Notes under the pieces: model-generated
What the model was told of the DNA's origin: nothing
The model's database searches: none
The model's input: only the letters and a program-made list of their open reading frames with translations
Source: Toensbergia leucococca
Taxonomy: Eukaryota
Direction of reading: 5' to 3'
DNA length: 64,000 nucleotides
NCBI GenBank assembly: GCA_022813965.1
Contig: JALDZS010000024.1
Location: 1-64,000 of the forward strand
Made by a program: the position numbers and the translations under genes
Shown here: positions 24,270 to 37,423 of the stretch, piece after piece
Position numbering within the stretch: position 1 is the first letter of the stretch
Layout of the letters: each line of letters begins with the position of its first letter

Positions 24270-25746
24270 TCAAGAATGGAACAGATCCCAAGCTCTCGAA
24301 CACAATCCTAAAAACTCATCTTTTTTCTTCCTCTGAACTTCTGGACTATCGATGCCCTCTCCAAAGGGGCCCCGCCTGGCATCTGGTCCGCTACCTAAAG
24401 GCGGAGAGCCCATGTCTTTCTCATACTCCGTTCTGTTCCGCCTTCGACCACTTGTATTACGGCTAGCTTCGCCAACAATAGTTTGATGAAGCGGGTGCTG
24501 GATTGACACAAGACCATTCCCTGTCATCGGAGATGGTGGGGTAGGCGGCTGGTGACCACCATAATGGACTATCTTCGGAAGCAGTTCTTCATTCCCGCCG
24601 GCCATCTCAGCGACGGCTTCTTCGGCCGAGCGGTACTCGCGAGACCGACTCGTCGGTGGGGGATGATGCATGTGAGGAGGTGGAAGTCCAGGCGATGGAA
24701 AGGGAGGATGGTGGTTTGAATGGGAGGAATTGGAATTTGGATTTGATGGATAGAAGCCATTTCGGGTGCCGTTTTCTCTTCGAACGCCAAGACCTTCGCT
24801 AGCAAAGACGTCTGATATTGGGGGAAGTCTGTTGTTGGTTTGAGTTGCCGGTACGTGGTGAATGTGAGAGGTATTCGCAAGATTGGATGGTTGGTTAACG
24901 ACATGTCGTGTCATGGGGTGAGGTTGATGCCTGCCAGCGAAGCTATGGTTGAGTGGGGCTGATTGAATGACTCGCTCGTTTGCAAACTGCTCGTGCGAAG
25001 GCGGGACAATAGAGAGACCCGGCGGGGGTCTCTTCTTCGACGATGAAGGGGTCTTTAAGCCACTACCAAAGGGGTTGAGTTCCGAGACCCTAGCGCCTTC
25101 GGAATCAGTGGTTTTTGTCGTTCTCTGCAATCTGGACTCAATAAGCTGCCTTTGCTGGTCACGGACGGAAATGCTGCGTTGTAATTGCTCCCGCATTGTG
25201 GGATCTTGAGTTTGGAAGCCAGGGGACAGGCAAGCGAGGCCAACATCATGCATCGCTAGACCTCCGCTTTCTCTTGCAGTCAGAGGCGCTGAAGGACGCG
25301 ATGACATGGCCCCCTGGCTCTGTGAAGTGGTCGTCGTCAAGTCTAACTTTCGAGGTCTATGGCGAGAGGTGGCCGGTACCTCTGGAGATGACGGTGGCTC
25401 TTTCTTCACGATTATCTTCGGCGGAGGACCAGGCCGGGACCTACCCATTGCGTGAGACAGCCTGTGTATATGCAAAATTTTGCATGAAAGTGGAGTAGTC
25501 AACTTACGAATTAGGAGAACGTCTCCCATCTGGGTTCCTCTTTTGCTGTGCCGCGCCCTCGCTAATGATAATTGGGGCATTTGTAGATGTTGTGTTGGGT
25601 GTGGCTGAAGCAGGACTCCGTTCAGCCGGAGCTGCAACGTGCGTCGAGGGTGCAAGCGTAGGATATGGCAGCTTCGGACTCGAGCCTGGCTCTTGGCGTG
25701 GCGGAGCTAAAGGCGCTGCTGCCACGGATGCGACTGCTGTAGACAT
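24270..25746 (-). CDS. Conserved disordered protein, probable Dig1/Pic1-like MAPK-docking regulator (2 exons)
   Basis: Exon 1 (MSTAVAS…) has a GTAAGT donor at 25507 that splices in frame to the long ORF. Conserved-looking blocks: GLACLSPGF…QLQRSISVRDQQRQLIE and C-terminal KKDEFLGLCSRAWDLF. Confidence 0.75.
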
Positions 25747-26777
25747 CGCACTGGGATGTGTTAAGTGATTTGGGGGTCTACCAAAGTAGAGAACGAGTAG
25801 CGAGGAAGGCCAGCAGGTCGAGAAACGCGCTTGGGCGATTATATGTCGCTTGAATATGTGGAGGGTCTTCAGTGTTCAGACTCCCTCCCTCTTTCCCAGT
25901 TACAAGGCAAAAGTGACTACTGTGATTAGCCAACAGTGAAGGAGCGATGGGCCCCGAGAAGACGAAACGAATAAGCTGGTGGAGTCAGGAGTCAAGAATC
26001 AGGACTCAGGAGATTGGACTTGGATCCTCCGGCAATTTTGCAACGACTTTAAGGAGGGGTGGTGGAGGCTTTGGAAAAGGGACCGAGGGTGACGGGCTCG
26101 CGTATAGCGAATCGAGGAATTGGCGTTTGGTTGGTGCGTCTTTGGGCTGTTTACTCGTATGATTTACACGTCAACTGATTTAGACATGAACACGGCCCAG
26201 CCAGACGGGCTGGCTGTTGGGCCTTGGTATCATGCTGTTGCAACGATGGTGTACGACAACAATGTTTGTTTTCGCGCCCTGTCCAAGTTGGATGGTGGCC
26301 TAAAGCCAATCAAGCCGCACCGAGTACTCCACTTGCTCCTCCAGTCAAGCGCTTATTGGCAATGGTGAAACGCCAGTGAGACCACACAGTCTCGTAGAGT
26401 ACAAAGATTGAGTCATCGAAGTAGATTCATACCATCAACCATGACAATCATGGACTTGATAAGTCTGCCAGTCTCTACAAGACTGCCTGTTGCCTCGTCC
26501 TTCGTCCACTTCTAAGACACGGGCGGATGCGCCTCTATTAAACAAGTATTGCATTGCATGCAGCTGTTTACTCAATCAAGTAATTCCTCCGGCGCCATGC
26601 CTGATTAAAATTGTCAGCGACCTCGAAGCAGAAAAAGCAAATATCAATGCCTCTAAAGACTGTTTGGTGGAGAAGCTCGCTGACAATGAATGAACGTTTG
26701 TGTAACGGTCCATTGTTCTCTATGCACAATAGCCCTGTCTTGATCGGTGTTATCGGCTATGATGATTATTGTGCGAG

Positions 26778-26786
26778 TACGGAGTA
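26778..26786 (+). promoter_or_regulatory. TACGGAGTA motif (Dig1-like/RPC19 divergent region)
   Basis: Exact match. Confidence 0.5.
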
Positions 26787-26923
26787 CAGATAGAGTGCGG
26801 ATTAAATATAAATTACCGCAAAAACTCCGTGCTCCGTGCTCGGGCTCCACAGTCACTGAGCGAAAGATGGGACTCGTACTCTAGGTTGATCAATCTTACT
26901 ACGAGTATCTGTTCTGTTCGAAC

Positions 26924-27459
26924 ATGCCTCCAGAACCCTATAATTCCGAAGACCAGTCTATGACCGATGCCCCTGCCAACCCTCAAGAATCTCTCATTGA
27001 TCTCGAAGACCGGCGAATCCGAGTAGTAAGTTAATCCACACCGTGGATAACTTTTCACTTATCTAGTGCTAGCTTTCTGGCGCAAGCGATTCGGCAGCCT
27101 CGTTCGAATTCGAGGCCGAAGATCACACTCTAGGTAATGCATTGAGATATATGATTATGAAAAAGTACAATCTTTTCGAATCCCACAATAGACAAAAATG
27201 CTGAACGCTTGTCTGCAGCCCAGATGTCGAATTCTGTGGCTATTCGATACCTCATCCATCCGAAGCCAAGATGAATGTACGCATTCAAACTTATGGTAGG
27301 CCGTTACTGTTCTACCAACTAGTCTCTTGCTTATTGCTCATTATAGAAGGCACGACTGTGTACGATGCTCTAGAAAAGGGCTTTGATGATTTGATGGCAC
27401 TCTGTGACGTAGTAACGAATAAGTTCACCACTGCTAGAGATGCATTCGACGCGAAGTAG
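26924..27459 (+). CDS. RPC19: RNA polymerase I/III subunit AC19
   Basis: EDHTLGNALRYMIMK|…VEFCGYSIPHPSEAKMNVRIQT. Four exons. Confidence 0.93.
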
Positions 27460-27595
27460 CAGAACCGATGCATCTAAATTGGACTACTTGGGAACGCATC
27501 ATTTGTATCATTAGACGACAGGCATTGTAAAATGGCCTGATCATAAGGTTGTCGGTACGTACAACACGCAAAAAACGCCTATATGGACGAACAAA

Positions 27596-28262
27596 TCAAT
27601 TGCGACCCTGTAACACATTGTCAGCTGCATCGACTCATGTGCAGCATATTATAGGGGGCCTACCTCCAAAAAGCCTTGCATAAAATTTTGTGGTAGTTTG
27701 GCATTGGGATCTTCGTCCGCGCGAAAGTACTTGAGAACATGGGGCAGCTGCTTCCAGTAATTCAAAGTCTCCTGATACCGCTAATGGGTTAGCATATGCC
27801 GTGACTGCTCACAGTTACCACATTCTCCAATGTAAAGACTCTTTTGGACAAATTGATAGCATTCACTCCGTCTTCTGCGGTTTCTTGCAGCGTACCTGAT
27901 ATTCAGAGTGGCTCTGGAAAAGAAGCATGTCTACTACTGACAGCTGATTGACGAATCGGTGCCTTTCGAACTCTTGACGTACTTTCGTCCGTAGCGCAGA
28001 GACTGGCATGTTGAGGGAGTACATCTGCTGGATCTCGGGAGCCTTCAAGAGAAATATTTAGTTATGGAGCTACGAAGAAGATCATTGCGAGCAGACAGAC
28101 GGATCGTAGCCAATCCCGATACGACTTCATCACCCTCCGCTTTGCATCTTGCCAGCCGAGTGCTGTGACTAGTTAGCTAGAGAGTCTTATTAGAGCTTAT
28201 TGTGGCTGGGTTGACTCACAAGACCGCGTCCTTTGCGCGAGGTATGTCGGGTTTATGACCAT
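27596..28262 (-). CDS. Complex I LYR subunit NDUFA6/B14 (14.8 kDa subunit)
   Basis: MVINPTYLAQRTRS…KSYRDWLR…APEIQQMYSL…ETLNYWKQLPHV…FMQGFLE|GRN*. Confidence 0.92.
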
Positions 28263-28454
28263 CCTGCTGTTCTTTGTAGTTGAAGTTCAACGAGCGTTCG
28301 GAAAGGAGCTTTCGCTTAGCAAGCATCACGCCGAGGTGCGCTAGCCGAAGCTAGTAGAAATATGGCGGGGCTGAGTGACAAACCTCTGAGAACCATATTC
28401 ATGAACAAGCGTCCCTGAGAAAGTGTTTCTTGTTAATAGAAAGCTCATGCAGAG

Positions 28455-29017
28455 ATGCCACCAGTTCGTTCGGCGCGAAATCGCAAGCCTCCACCAGATG
28501 GCTTTGACGACATCGAAGACACTTTGCTGGAGTTTAGCAATAAGATGAAGGATGCTGAAAACGCTTCTCATGAAGGTAAAAAGCGTCATGAAGTGCTATG
28601 GCCCATATTTCAGATCAGTCATCAGCGTTAGTATCATCCTGCTACGTGCTTCTGGGATGAAAATTAAGAACTTACCGAACAGGCTCCAGATATATTTATG
28701 AGCTCTTTTACGACAAAGAAGCCATTTCAAAGCAGCTCTACGATTACCTTCTGAAAAATAGCTACGCAGACGGTAATTTGATCGCGAAATGGAAGAAACA
28801 GGGATATGAAAAGGTTCGCTCTAGCTTTGACTACAACCCGTTTCGGCCAGATGCTGATGAAGTGACATTACAGCTGTGTTGCCTTCGCTGCATTCAGACT
28901 AAGGAGACGAATTTCAATGCAACATGCATCTGCCGGGTCCCAAAGGCGCAGCTCAAGGAGGATCAGACCATTGAATGTGTTAGTTGTGGGTGTCGGGGCT
29001 GCTCTTCCAGCGATTGA
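28455..29017 (+). CDS. BUD31: Splicing factor Bud31/Cwc14 (G10 family)
   Basis: [32 protein letters not shown]…CICRVP…CVSCGCRGC. Confidence 0.95.
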
Positions 29018-29258
29018 TCAAAAAGGGGTCACAATAATGGAAGGGGGGCGCAAGGGCGTTGGAGTGGTGAGTGTATTGAAATGCCTTGAAGAAGTATTCT
29101 AGAATATTGAGGGTATTAGATCTTGAAAGCGGGTCAATTGCAGCTTGTGACGTGCCGTCTCCACCTCAGGTTATCCAATCTAACCCGAGAAAATAATTGT
29201 GTACTAACGAGATCTTTGATGAGTACTTAGAGGCCTTTTGAGAGTCAAAAATTAAGTG

Positions 29259-29820
29259 TCAAAATCCAGCTTCCGAACTATCGTCCTCCTCAAGTATCGT
29301 GGTCGATATCAGGCCTCTCTTGCCCTGGGCCCTATCCTGTCTCATCCAGCCCGCATATTCGTTCGTCATGGCCCCACCAGCTCTTGACTGCATCCCTACT
29401 CTTGGCATGGCCGTCTTGGTCTTCTTCGCCTCCCATTCCACTTTCTCCATACGATATAAAGCCACTGTTCTCCCTCGCTTCTTCTGCCGAATCTCCAGAT
29501 GCAATGCTGTCACAATGATCCCTGAGAAAAAATGCAGGCTAGCGCCTGTGAGGATTCCGACCAGTGCAGCTACGCCGAAGAATATGTAAAGTGTCTGCTA
29601 AATGCATCAGGTCGACCTCAATAGCAATCACAAAGCATGCAATCACCTCAAATTTCGCTAGAAAACGCAATGGCAGCCAGCAGGTATGTAGCACATAAAG
29701 CGCGATCTGCAGTAGGGGTGCTGTAATGGTGGCGAGGACAAACAGAAGCCATTTGAGGAACACTGCAACAGAATAGACGATGTAGTAGATGGTAGTTCCG
29801 ATGGCAGACATGTAGCCCAT
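29259..29820 (-). CDS. Hypothetical small membrane protein (2 exons)
   Basis: Hydrophobic exon 1 ends LAKFE and splices to TLYIFFGVAALVGILTG…, with an acidic end STTILEEDDSS. Confidence 0.7.
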
Positions 29821-30201
29821 TCTTGCGGAAGAGATTGGTTGCTTTCCTTTGCTTCATTCGATCATATTTGTTGCGGTAAACAGTGTGGAGTAACAAACAG
29901 GCACATAAATGATACCTTTAGCAATGACGTCACCCAGATTTCGGGAGCGTCAGGAGGAACCTTAATTCCCGCCTTGCAGGGGCCTCAGCCTCGGGTTAGA
30001 ATAGAATAGACTAGTACCTTATCGGCCGAGCCCTACCTAACGACTGACGTTCATCACCAAGCCATTTGGGTACGCCAGCAGGTTTCTCTAACCGTTTCCT
30101 TGGCCAGCATCATACCGATCTACTGAAGTATGGCGTAAAATGGTGCAGGTCGAGTGTCTGTCTATATAATTAACCGGGTCTCGAGTGCTGTAGATGCGAG
30201 C

Positions 30202-31785
30202 ATGGGCAATAATCCGTCGAAGCCTGCAGGAAGAGCGAGAGCTCCTTCATCTGCCGGTACACCGAGTCATTCACCCGCCAACAATTCACGGGAGTCAAGG
30301 CGTGGTGACTCTACCCCCATTAACAAAGCAACACCAGCCACAACTCAAGAGTCCATCACCAGCGCAACCGCACAGCCAACCTCACAGCCTTCCTCTAACA
30401 AGCCTCATCTTCATCAACATCTACACTTTTCCGAATTATCTTCAACCCAGCGACGAACTCAGGAAGAAGCGATGGGAAATGAACAGTCACGTCAGAAGTG
30501 GAAAGAAAAGTCCGAGGCCAGCAAGAAGGAGAAAGACCAATCAGTACCGGTCAAAGTTCCAAGAGGTGGCGAAGCCAAACGCCAACGCGGCCCTGATTCT
30601 CAATTTGAACCTTCTGGTCCACCTCGCGATCCCAATTACATACCGCATTCAAATTTAAACTTTCCACCACGTCTGCCGTTACCCATCGAGGAAGAAATCC
30701 ATACTCCGGGCTCTCCAATCATCACTTCAGCTGATCTTTCATCGGCCTTGCAGGAGGATGAGATTGATGGAGCAATCCCACATCGAAGCTCTCTTTTAAG
30801 TAGCACGACGGCCGACGAAGACGACATTGGTGACGAACTTCAGCAGTACCCAAGGGATGATGGCTCGAGGCGGAGAACGGTACCAACATTAGTGCAGTGG
30901 AAGCAAGGTGGTGAGAAAATCTACGTCACGGGAACCTTTACCTCTTGGAGTAGGAAGTTCCGTATGATTAGAGAGTGAGCTACTATTTTTTCGTTTTGTT
31001 TGCCAAACTGTTTCATGTCCCATCATTTTGTCAGGATTTCCTGTCGTTCAAGCTTTGAGGCCTTCCAAAGCATGCTGATCACCAATCCCCTATAGCCCCG
31101 GTACAAATGTTCTCTCAGCTACCCTTGAGCTTCCACCAGGAACGCACCATGTTAAATTCATCGTGGATGGAGACATGCAACTATCCAACGAACTTCCTAC
31201 GGCAGTCGACTATACGAACATCCTCGTGAATTATATCGAAGTAAGCGCCGATGACTTACCGAACGAGCCATCCGCGGAGCAAAAAGTTCCCAATGGCGTC
31301 TATCCACCTCAATCACTACCTTCAGGCACCGAAACCGCAGATCATGCGCCAGATTCCGTAGGCAAAACTCAACCCAGCGAGGACGGACAAGTTGCACCAC
31401 CAATCTGGTGGGCCGAAGACGTTCCAAATTATCTCTTCGATCTCGATCATGCAGAACAATCAAGGCGATACCAGCGGGCCGCCCGAGGAGTTGCGGACAT
31501 ACCTACACCCCCAAGCTTACCATTGTTTCTTGGAAAGTCGATTTTGAATGGGACAACTCCAATGAAAGACGATAGCAGCGTGCTGAATATGCCGAACCAT
31601 ACTGTGCTAAACCACTTGGCCACGAGCAGTATTAAGAACGGTGTTCTGGCTACAAGTGTCACTACACGCTATAAGCGGAAGGTATCAACATCGCAACTTC
31701 TATTTGTTAATTCGACGCCAATCTAACAGTGTCACAGTATGTGACAACAATTGTATATAAGCCGACCAATGAAGAGGGTGACTAA
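30202..31785 (+). CDS. GAL83: SNF1/AMPK beta subunit (Gal83/Sip2-like)
   Basis: MGNNPS start, carbohydrate-binding domain (W.QGGEKIYVTGTF, GTHHVKFIVDG), and ASC domain (PPSLPLFL, PNHTVLNHL, TRYKRK|YVTTIVYKP). Confidence 0.93.
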
Positions 31786-32036
31786 GTGTTGTCAAATATA
31801 TACTCTAAGAGCAGTGTGCTCGGTGGTCTGAGTTGCTGCTGCTTTGGAGGTATCCATTTCGAAAGAAGCAGGACTAGGGTGGCAGTGATTCCCCTTCTTG
31901 CATAGTAACGTCGGAATGCCCCGAGGGCGGAATATTGGAAAGCAAGATTTACTCTGCAGATTTCATATTCTAGTCAAAAACCTAGGACGTTCCTATGTGT
32001 TATGGCGCAATACAGCTCCATGCTGAACACAAGCTA

Positions 32037-33144
32037 TCAATCTCTCCATTTGATGAATACCTCATCGGTCCTAAACCGCTGGGTACATGTGCTTTCATTC
32101 AGCGGCGTTGTAAAGTCAGTCCGATACGCCAAGAGGCCAGCATGTGCAATCATGATTCCGTTATCTATGCAGAATCTCTCGTCAGTGGCAAACACGCTCC
32201 CACCTCTATCCTTTGCCATCATTCCCATCATCTCTTGTAACCGCTCGTTGCATCCCACTCCGCCCACAATCAGCACCTGACTCGACCCCACATGAGCCAT
32301 GGCTCTCTCTGTGATCTCCACCAGCATGGCGTAGACTGTTTCTTGTAAGCTGAAACACAAGTCCTCCCTTGTAACCAGCTCCCCTGTGAGCTCATCCATC
32401 CAGCCCTCTGGATCACGGTCCAACTTTTCGGCAAGAATATCAATACTAGCCAGTATTCCAGAGAAACTACAATCCATCCCTTTGACCGTGTACGGTAGCT
32501 CTACCAAATGGCTCCCTTTCTTCGCCATCTGCTCAATATTATGACCTGGTGCAGGGTCATTGGATATATTTAGCGTACGCGCAAAACGGTCGATGCAGTT
32601 GCCAACGGCAATATCAAGAGCCTCCCCAAAAATCCTGTAGCGCTGAGAAGCATAAGCTATGACTTGGGTATTACCTCCGGAAACGTAGAGAACGACTGGA
32701 TTTTGCGCTAATGTAATCTCTCGGCCCATTTCAATGTCTGTTATGAGCTTCAGCTCGACCTTTACGGGTTCCAGAGCGTTTTACAAACATACGTCCTATA
32801 CAGTGGTTGACCCCAACAAGCTTTTTGCCCCAAAGAAGACATAATGTTCTTGCGGCAACGGCGACGCTCTGCAGGGGCGCACCCATGCCTGGACCTTTGG
32901 TGTAACAAATACAGTCCACATTATTGATACTTACACAGCCTTCTTTCATAGCTTGCTTTACGAGCCTGACGAGCCAGGCACGGTGATGTTTGGCAGTGTC
33001 TTTGGGAAGAAACCCTTCTCCAGGGGGGGAAACGAATGTATGTCGGATATTGGCTAAGATCTGTGCTGGACCGCCTCCAGAAGGATGAAGGATAAAACCA
33101 ACGCCGAGCTTGTTCGCCGAGCCTTCAAGACCAAGGGCAATCAT
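32037..33144 (-). CDS. KAE1: tRNA t6A synthase Kae1 (KEOPS complex)
   Basis: [32 protein letters not shown] and DNGIMIA. One intron. Confidence 0.96.
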
Positions 33145-33480
33145 TGCCGTCTCCCTTTTCCGGTGGCAACAAGTACAATTACAACGAGTATTTTCGGAGA
33201 GAAAGTCAACGTTAGAATAACGGGGACCGAGTGAAGGCTGGTGGAAGCTTCCGTCTCTTAGAATGACACGTGAAGCAGATCATAGAACATCTTTGCAAGC
33301 CCTACCAGGTGTGCGATCGTTGAGAGCCTTGGTAATGATTGTATGTTGAGCATGCTCTGTACCTCGATATGTATTAGTGATTGAAGGTCCGGCGACGCAT
33401 AAATTTTAGCGATCTGCCCCGCGGCAAAACAGTAGAATACCTTACCCAATCAGGGCAAAGACATAGATACATGCTGCACA

Positions 33481-34298
33481 ATGTTCCCGCACTCCGCTTC
33501 ACTCCATTTCCTTCATACAACTCCATTATCTACCACTCGAAACTTATTACAACACCTTCTTCTACTTCCTCTGCTTCTTCTTCTTCTTCCCCTTCTTCCC
33601 CTGAAGCCATAGCCCCGGCATGATGACTCCAACAATGTATGTTGCTGAAAACAGAGCTACTAGCGACTACGGGTAGGGCACTCGAGCGATTGCAGTCATT
33701 CCCACACTCAACCGACGCAAATCCCTTTCAGATATCTGCGGAGAATTGAGAGACGCATGGAATGATTCGCTACTCCATACAGTGTCTATGTGCTGTCAGC
33801 TACGGAGTTTTCGAATCTTCGATGTGTCCGGTGTTGTCTGGCCCCTGCAGGTTCCAATGGCTTGCAAGTCTAGGCAAACAGAACAGGTCGATATCCGTGC
33901 CCAAGCATTCCCCAACAAATTCCGTACTCCAATTCATTGCCATCATACTTTGGCTGCAAGGAAGCCTTCTTCCAAGCAGCCATGGAGGTACAAAGCACCT
34001 CAAGCTTCTCTCGAAAACTATTTAATCACTCTGAAGGCTATTGTTCCTCTTCATTCCGTTCTCGAGAAACGTATAATCCGGAATGTGAAGCAGAATCCCT
34101 AGGCCGTCCAAAACATGTACCAGAGGATGAAGAATGGTATTTGGGCGTTTTGGACTAGAAATCGAATCTATCGGTGAATTACGTTGGTGGGTTGATCTCG
34201 CCAATGGAGAGCCTCTAACTGATGCAGGGGGCGGCTGTGATGAATGTCAGATATGGCTGGCTTCAATGGTATGTTCCGAGCGTTGGCTGGATAAATGA
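33481..34298 (+). pseudogene. Possible decayed gene for a small secreted Cys-containing protein
   Basis: ATG at 33481, then a Leu-rich signal-like stretch and an in-frame TAG at 33610. A GTATGT…TAG intron (33637-33676) joins in frame to ORF 33746, and two further frame switches are needed to keep it protein-like. No family recognised. Confidence 0.3.
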
Positions 34299-35137
34299 CT
34301 AAGAGGTATACTCCAAGAATCGTCTGCAGCAACTCATGTTGGCATGTTGCAGCTCTAAATTGAAAGGGTCCACCACTCTAAGACGAAGACACTAAAGCCG
34401 AACACTGTTGTGGTAACAGACCGTTTCTGTCTGATTCAGAAACAAAACACGCAAAAGATATAGGCTGTTGAATTGGGCGACCTCGAAAAAGCCAAAAGCT
34501 CTGCCGCCAAAGAGTTGGTCCTCAGCCAATGATTGGAAGATTGCGACGTGTTGGCCATGGACTTGATAGTAGTGCTCCAAGAACCGCATTGCGGAGACTA
34601 CGATTTATCGAAGTCCCGTTCGGAAACAGACAAAGAGCGATATTATATCACCTCGAAGTATGGACAATATTTCTAATCTAGGGCTTTTCTATATGTGCTA
34701 AATTTGCGCAGAGCGTCATCCAGATGGCTGGCGGTTCGACAATGAGACACACAGAAGGTGCTAGGAGCAGATTGCCATGGGTCTGGATTTACGAATTCAT
34801 CTCCAATATCTCATGTTCACTCTAAGTCTATCATCACCTCGTCCTCCTGTCCTCCACGCTCCAAAACACAGACCTGGCTGTCCCACTATCCTGAATTCCA
34901 TCACATAAGTGCCTTCGGCTTCGTGGTCTAAGGTGACACGGCCAACACTGTCGCCTATTTCGGTGCAGATCGGAGATCTATTGCCCTTGCATAAGATGCT
35001 CTATGTTGCCACTGGGACACGGCTAGCTTGAAGCGGCAGGGTGAAAAGCTTGGGGATGCAGTGTTGTTGCAGGATCGGGATATCTTTCTGGCGAAGAAGC
35101 TGGTTAAGGTCATTCCTGTCTGGAAAAACTAAGGCTT

Positions 35138-37032
35138 TCAATCTGGTCCTGGCTGTCGTGGTATCGATGAGGAGCCTTGGATGCTGGTAGGTGCTTGGGC
35201 GTTGCTAACTGTCCCTTCTAGTTGCGAGCGCCTCTGCAATTGAAATTGAGCTTGCGGAGGTCCTGATACACTTGCTCGATAACGCATGCTGGCAATGTCG
35301 AACGGGTCTATCAGGTACGTTGGTACCTCGTCCTCGTCCTCGTCCTGATCGTATTTAAATCGATCTACAATGACGTCATCCAAGCCTTCTCTCGTCTGCA
35401 GCCGCATTCCTCTACGATCGATCATGAAACGCCCTCCTCTTCCCACTCTACGTCGAAAGGACGGCTGACTCCGAGACGGGCCATCGCATGGCGGAGAAGC
35501 GTAGCGGACAGCCACAGATTCATCTTTAGCTACGCCTGGTGAGCCTAATCGTGCAATATTATCGCCTAGAGGCTCAGAAGATATCGATGCAGGCGGCGTA
35601 GGTAAGTACTCGGTTACAGCTGTCCGAAAGCTCGATCCCAAGTTCTCTTCTAACGGAGGTGTAAGTGGCGCTCGGGTCATATCGACGTAACCCTCATTCC
35701 AAATCTTGTGCTGCGCAATTCTCTGAGTAATCAGTTGCTCAATCTCATTATCTCTTTCGACCAATACATCCTGAAGAAGAACTAAGTCGGCTTCCGCATG
35801 TCGACCATCTGGCCTTGGCGGTAGTCGGAGTGAGGTTGAGCGCTGGACTGACGAAAACTCCGAGGACTTCTTCTTTTGCGGCTATAAACCATCAGTTTTC
35901 AGTTCCATCGCGAGATACTTCAATCTAACCTTTTGATTGATTAAAATGTCTTCGTCTCCTTCCTTGTACTGCTCGGGCAAATTCCGTTTCACTTGGCGAA
36001 AGGCATTCCTTTGTTCGAAGAGCTGTCTCTCCGTTGCTAGCTGCTCACGTTTTGTTATCTCTCGCTGTGTCACTAGCGCTATAAGTTGCCGCGCATCTTC
36101 GAGCTCTTTTCTGAGCTTTTTCAGTTTGTCAGTACTTTGAGCGTCTCTTCCCCGAGTTTTGCGAACTTGTCGAACTTCTCTTCTTCGAAAGCAGACGTAC
36201 GGGTCGGCGTCGTCAGTATCTACACCAGTCTCGAACTGGATATCATGTCAGCGATATTCAAAATCAGGACGAATGGTTCATACTTTGAGGCCAGAGATCA
36301 GTGATTTGTTTCCAGCTTTCAATCTTTGGGATTTCCAATGTTCATAGATGTCTTTCGTGCATGATCTTGCGATTTCGTCCATATTCTCATCGAAAACACT
36401 TTCCATTTCTGGGTAAGTCACAACCGGAGGACTGTCTACTGCGGCATACGGCTGCTTTACTTGAGCTGTTTCTTCGAAGAAATTCATGATTTCTTCGAAC
36501 TGATCTTCTGAGCATTGGGCTGATGCGCTTCTCTTACTGTTCATGGACCTCAGATACGCGTCATCTTCTTCAGTGAGATCGTACGGGCATCCGCAGCAAT
36601 CCTCCACAGTGGAGGAGAAGCGAATATACGTCGCCGGCTGAGCGAAGGTAAGGGGGTAAAGTTGGTCATATTGTATCGTGCTTTGGATTGTATCTGGAGT
36701 AGGGATGTAAATCTGAGCAACATTTCCACCAACGGCTGCTGCATGAGAAGCAGAGATGGCAGCTTGCAGGTGGTGTTCCTGTACGCCAACATGTTAGTCT
36801 CTGTTCTTTCCATAAGAGGAAGTCAGAGGCGAAAGCGAGAAGTGGCATGACTAAGCAAAAAACTCACAATCTCTTCACCCTTCTCGACGCCAGTCTCAAC
36901 CTTTGGCACGTTCCTTTGGGCGTCATCGTCGACCTTATCAACCTGGTCTTCCTGAACAATCTGGAGGGTCTGTCTGGTCGATAGTTTGCGTTGTCTAAAG
37001 CGTGCCGACGACCCGGCCGTGGCCCTGGTCAT
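35138..37032 (-). CDS. EPL1: Enhancer of polycomb-like 1 (NuA4 subunit)
   Basis: ARFRQRKLS, VETGVEKGEE|.HHLQ, YIRFSSTVED, DADPYVCFRRREVRQVRKTR and FRRRVGRGGR..IDRR. Confidence 0.93.
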
Positions 37033-37423
37033 ACGAGCGACTTTTTGTACGATGAATTTCTCAAAAACCGCATAATCCAAATATTGGAGCCATGCGCTGA
37101 TGAGCAACCGCGTTTTTAAGGGTGGAAACGGATGAGTTCTGGGTTGTTTTGATGAATTTTGGATTGCGACGATGGGATGTCGTTACGGTCAGGCCTAATT
37201 TTGAGACGTGTTTGCTTCGGAAAATGATGGGCAGCCTTGTTGCGGTTAGGCGGCACGACTTAGTAAATCTTCAATATCGAATTTACCCCTCGTAGCCTTA
37301 TGAATGCCTGAGCCATGAATCTTACAACGCGTCATTTTTGCAGTACCTGAACCTAATACATCAAACCATCACTTTGCCTTACGAAGCCTTACCATAACTG
37401 CGGAGTGAGAGACCATCGCAAAA

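Noticed and set aside
34905..34985. TGGTCTAAGG resembling a tRNA D-loop
   Set aside because: No downstream T-loop (GTTCRA) and no acceptor stem could be built.
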